Positions 62,239 through 64,000 of a stretch of DNA of 64,000 nt are shown here, one piece after another. The position numbers were made by a program, and so were the translations under genes. This DNA comes from Laetmonice hystrix. Lineage: Eukaryota. Under the pieces are notes generated by a model. That model saw only the letters and a list, made by a program, of their open reading frames with translations. It was not told the origin of the DNA and did not search any database. The number at the start of each line of letters is the position of its first letter. Position 1 is the stretch's first letter. The DNA lies in NCBI GenBank assembly GCA_965235115.1, contig OZ249436.1:4588001-4652000 (forward strand). The letters run 5' to 3'.

Positions 62239-62984
62239 AGCGGTGGCGGGATGGCATTGTGCGGGTGTCAGCTATCATACAGACTTTAACACACAAACAG
62301 CGGTGGCAGGATGGTATTGTGCGGGTGTCAGCTATCATACAGACTTTAACACACACACAGCGGTGGCAGGATGGTATTGTGCGGGTGTCAGCTATCATAC
62401 AGACTTTAACACACACACAGCGATGTCAGGATGGCATGGTGTAGGCAACCTCAGCTATCATACAGACTTTAACACACACACAGCGATGTCAGGATGGCAT
62501 GGTGTAGGCGACCTCAGCTATCATACAGACTTTAATACACACAGCGATGTCAGGATGGCATGGTGTAGGCGACCTCAGCTATCATACAGACTTTAATACA
62601 CACAGCGATGTCAGGAGGGCATGGTGTAGGCGACCTCAGCTATCATACAGACTTTAATACACACAGCGATGTCAGGATGGCATGGTGTAGGCGACCTCAG
62701 CTATCATACAGACTTTAACACACACACAGCGATGTCAGGATGGCATGGTGTAGGCAACCTCAGCTATCATACAGACTTTAACACACACACAGCGATGTCA
62801 GGATGGCATGGTGTAGGCGACCTCAGCTGTCATACAGACTTTAACACACACACAGCTATCATGTCAGGAGGGCATGGTAGGCGACCTCAGCTATCATAGA
62901 GACTTTAACACACACACAGCGATGTCAGGATGGCATGGTGTAGGCGACCTCAGCTATCATACAGACTTTAACACACACACAGCG
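62239..62984. repeat. Minisatellite, 60-63-bp unit, 12 copies in two variant blocks
   Basis: First 3 copies AGCGGTGGC...GTGCGGGTGTCAGCTATCATACAGACTTTAAC; later copies AGCGATGTCAGGATGGCATGGTGTAGGCGACCTCAGC... Confidence 0.96.
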
Positions 62985-63347
62985 GGATAGTGTGCAGTCG
63001 AGGAACGTCGAACAAGATTTTGCTCTGACGATTAGTAAATTTGCCGGGCGTGTTGCCAGCAGTCGGTTTATTGACAAACCAACACAGGCCCAGGTCTAAC
63101 GACACAAGTGTGCCCTCTGCGATCCACAAAACAATTTTTACGTCTTGTGAAAAATAATGTGGGATTACATTTTTCGCCGAATGTGATACCCAGAGGACTA
63201 GAACTAATACTGATAATGGTATATGACATCCTACACTGGACGTTTTCCCTCTCTCTTTTTTTAATTAATACTACTCGGATTATGTTTGTCTCCCTTAGGT
63301 AAATATGGTCGGTCTGCTCCAAACATTTATTTGGTATCCTTTTTTCC

Positions 63348-63673
63348 CCATTACCTGTTTCGCCATTACCTGTGTCGCCATTACCTGTTTCTCCATTACC
63401 TGTTTCTCCATTACCTGTTTCTCCTTTACCTGTTTCTCCATCACCTGTTTCTCCATTACCTGTTTCTCCTTTACCTGTTTCTCCATCACCTGTTTCTCCA
63501 TTACCTGTTTCTCCATTACCTGTTTCTCCATTACCTGTTTCTCCATTACCTGTTTCTCCATTACCTGTTTCTCCTGTACCTGTTTCTCCATTACCTGTTT
63601 CTCCATTACCTGTTTCTCCTGTACCTGTTTCTCCATTACCTGTTTCTCCATTACCTGTTTCTCCATTACCTGT
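63348..63673. repeat. 15-bp tandem repeat CCATTACCTGTTTCT, ~22 copies
   Basis: Directly visible; produces the GNGET / EKQVM repetitive ORFs. Confidence 0.97.
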
Positions 63674-64000
63674 GGCCCGTGTCATGACGATTAACAGCAT
63701 CGGGCCTCGTAAAAAAATATGCGTCTTTTAAGGTGGTTGCCTCTCGTTTTCCCCCGTTCCCCGTGTAAAACATAAGGAAAACATGAACGGTGTACATTTC
63801 GTCCGGGTTATTACTTTAACAGCTGGCTCCCGTAAACATCCGTAGACGCCGGGAGGAGGAAGTGGGCAGCTCAGGAGGAGTGGTTAGTGATTGCCTATTG
63901 AACGAAGACGTTTTAAAAGGTTTGCTCAATGAGTGGGACCTAGTCGCGTGTGAAGGTCGGCACAGACTGCCCCGTGTTTATGATGAGGGGAGGTAACACC

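Noticed and set aside
674-63673. CRISPR-like interpretation of the many regular arrays
   Set aside because: Units are duplicated in full with no unique spacers, no cas genes are present, and the context is eukaryotic
59639-63731. Repetitive ORFs (ILRFNTGQLSPS, SAQSELVEWL, GNGET, EKQVM etc.)
   Set aside because: All coincide exactly with tandem arrays and lack splice or codon support; mucin/antifreeze-like appearance is coincidental
1-64000. rRNA or intact tRNA genes
   Set aside because: No conserved rRNA segments and no complete cloverleaf with A and B boxes were seen

Overview
Eukaryotic (animal, probably a marine invertebrate; CpG not depleted) genomic DNA with two assembly gaps. No prokaryote-style operons, rRNA, intact tRNA or CRISPR arrays were found. 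About one third of the window (~21 kb by hand estimate) is more than 20 mutually unrelated minisatellite arrays with 12-85 bp units. These arrays create all of the long repetitive ORFs in the track. The rest holds non-autonomous DNA transposons: three TTAA-flanked Kolobok-type MITEs (one a near-perfect 520-bp foldback), several TA-flanked or hAT-like MITEs, two copies of a small Helitron and a Helentron/HINE-like element. There is also a decayed DIRS/Ngaro-type tyrosine recombinase, a 5'-truncated LINE end with a (CTA)15 tail, and scattered candidate spliceosomal exons of an unidentified gene or genes. The most notable observations are (1) a diverged two-copy LTR-like element whose conserved core shows compensatory base-pair changes, pointing to a conserved structured RNA, and (2) two oppositely oriented Helitrons that place CTCF-like motifs in convergent orientation 16 kb apart. 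All calls were made by eye; no database search was run.
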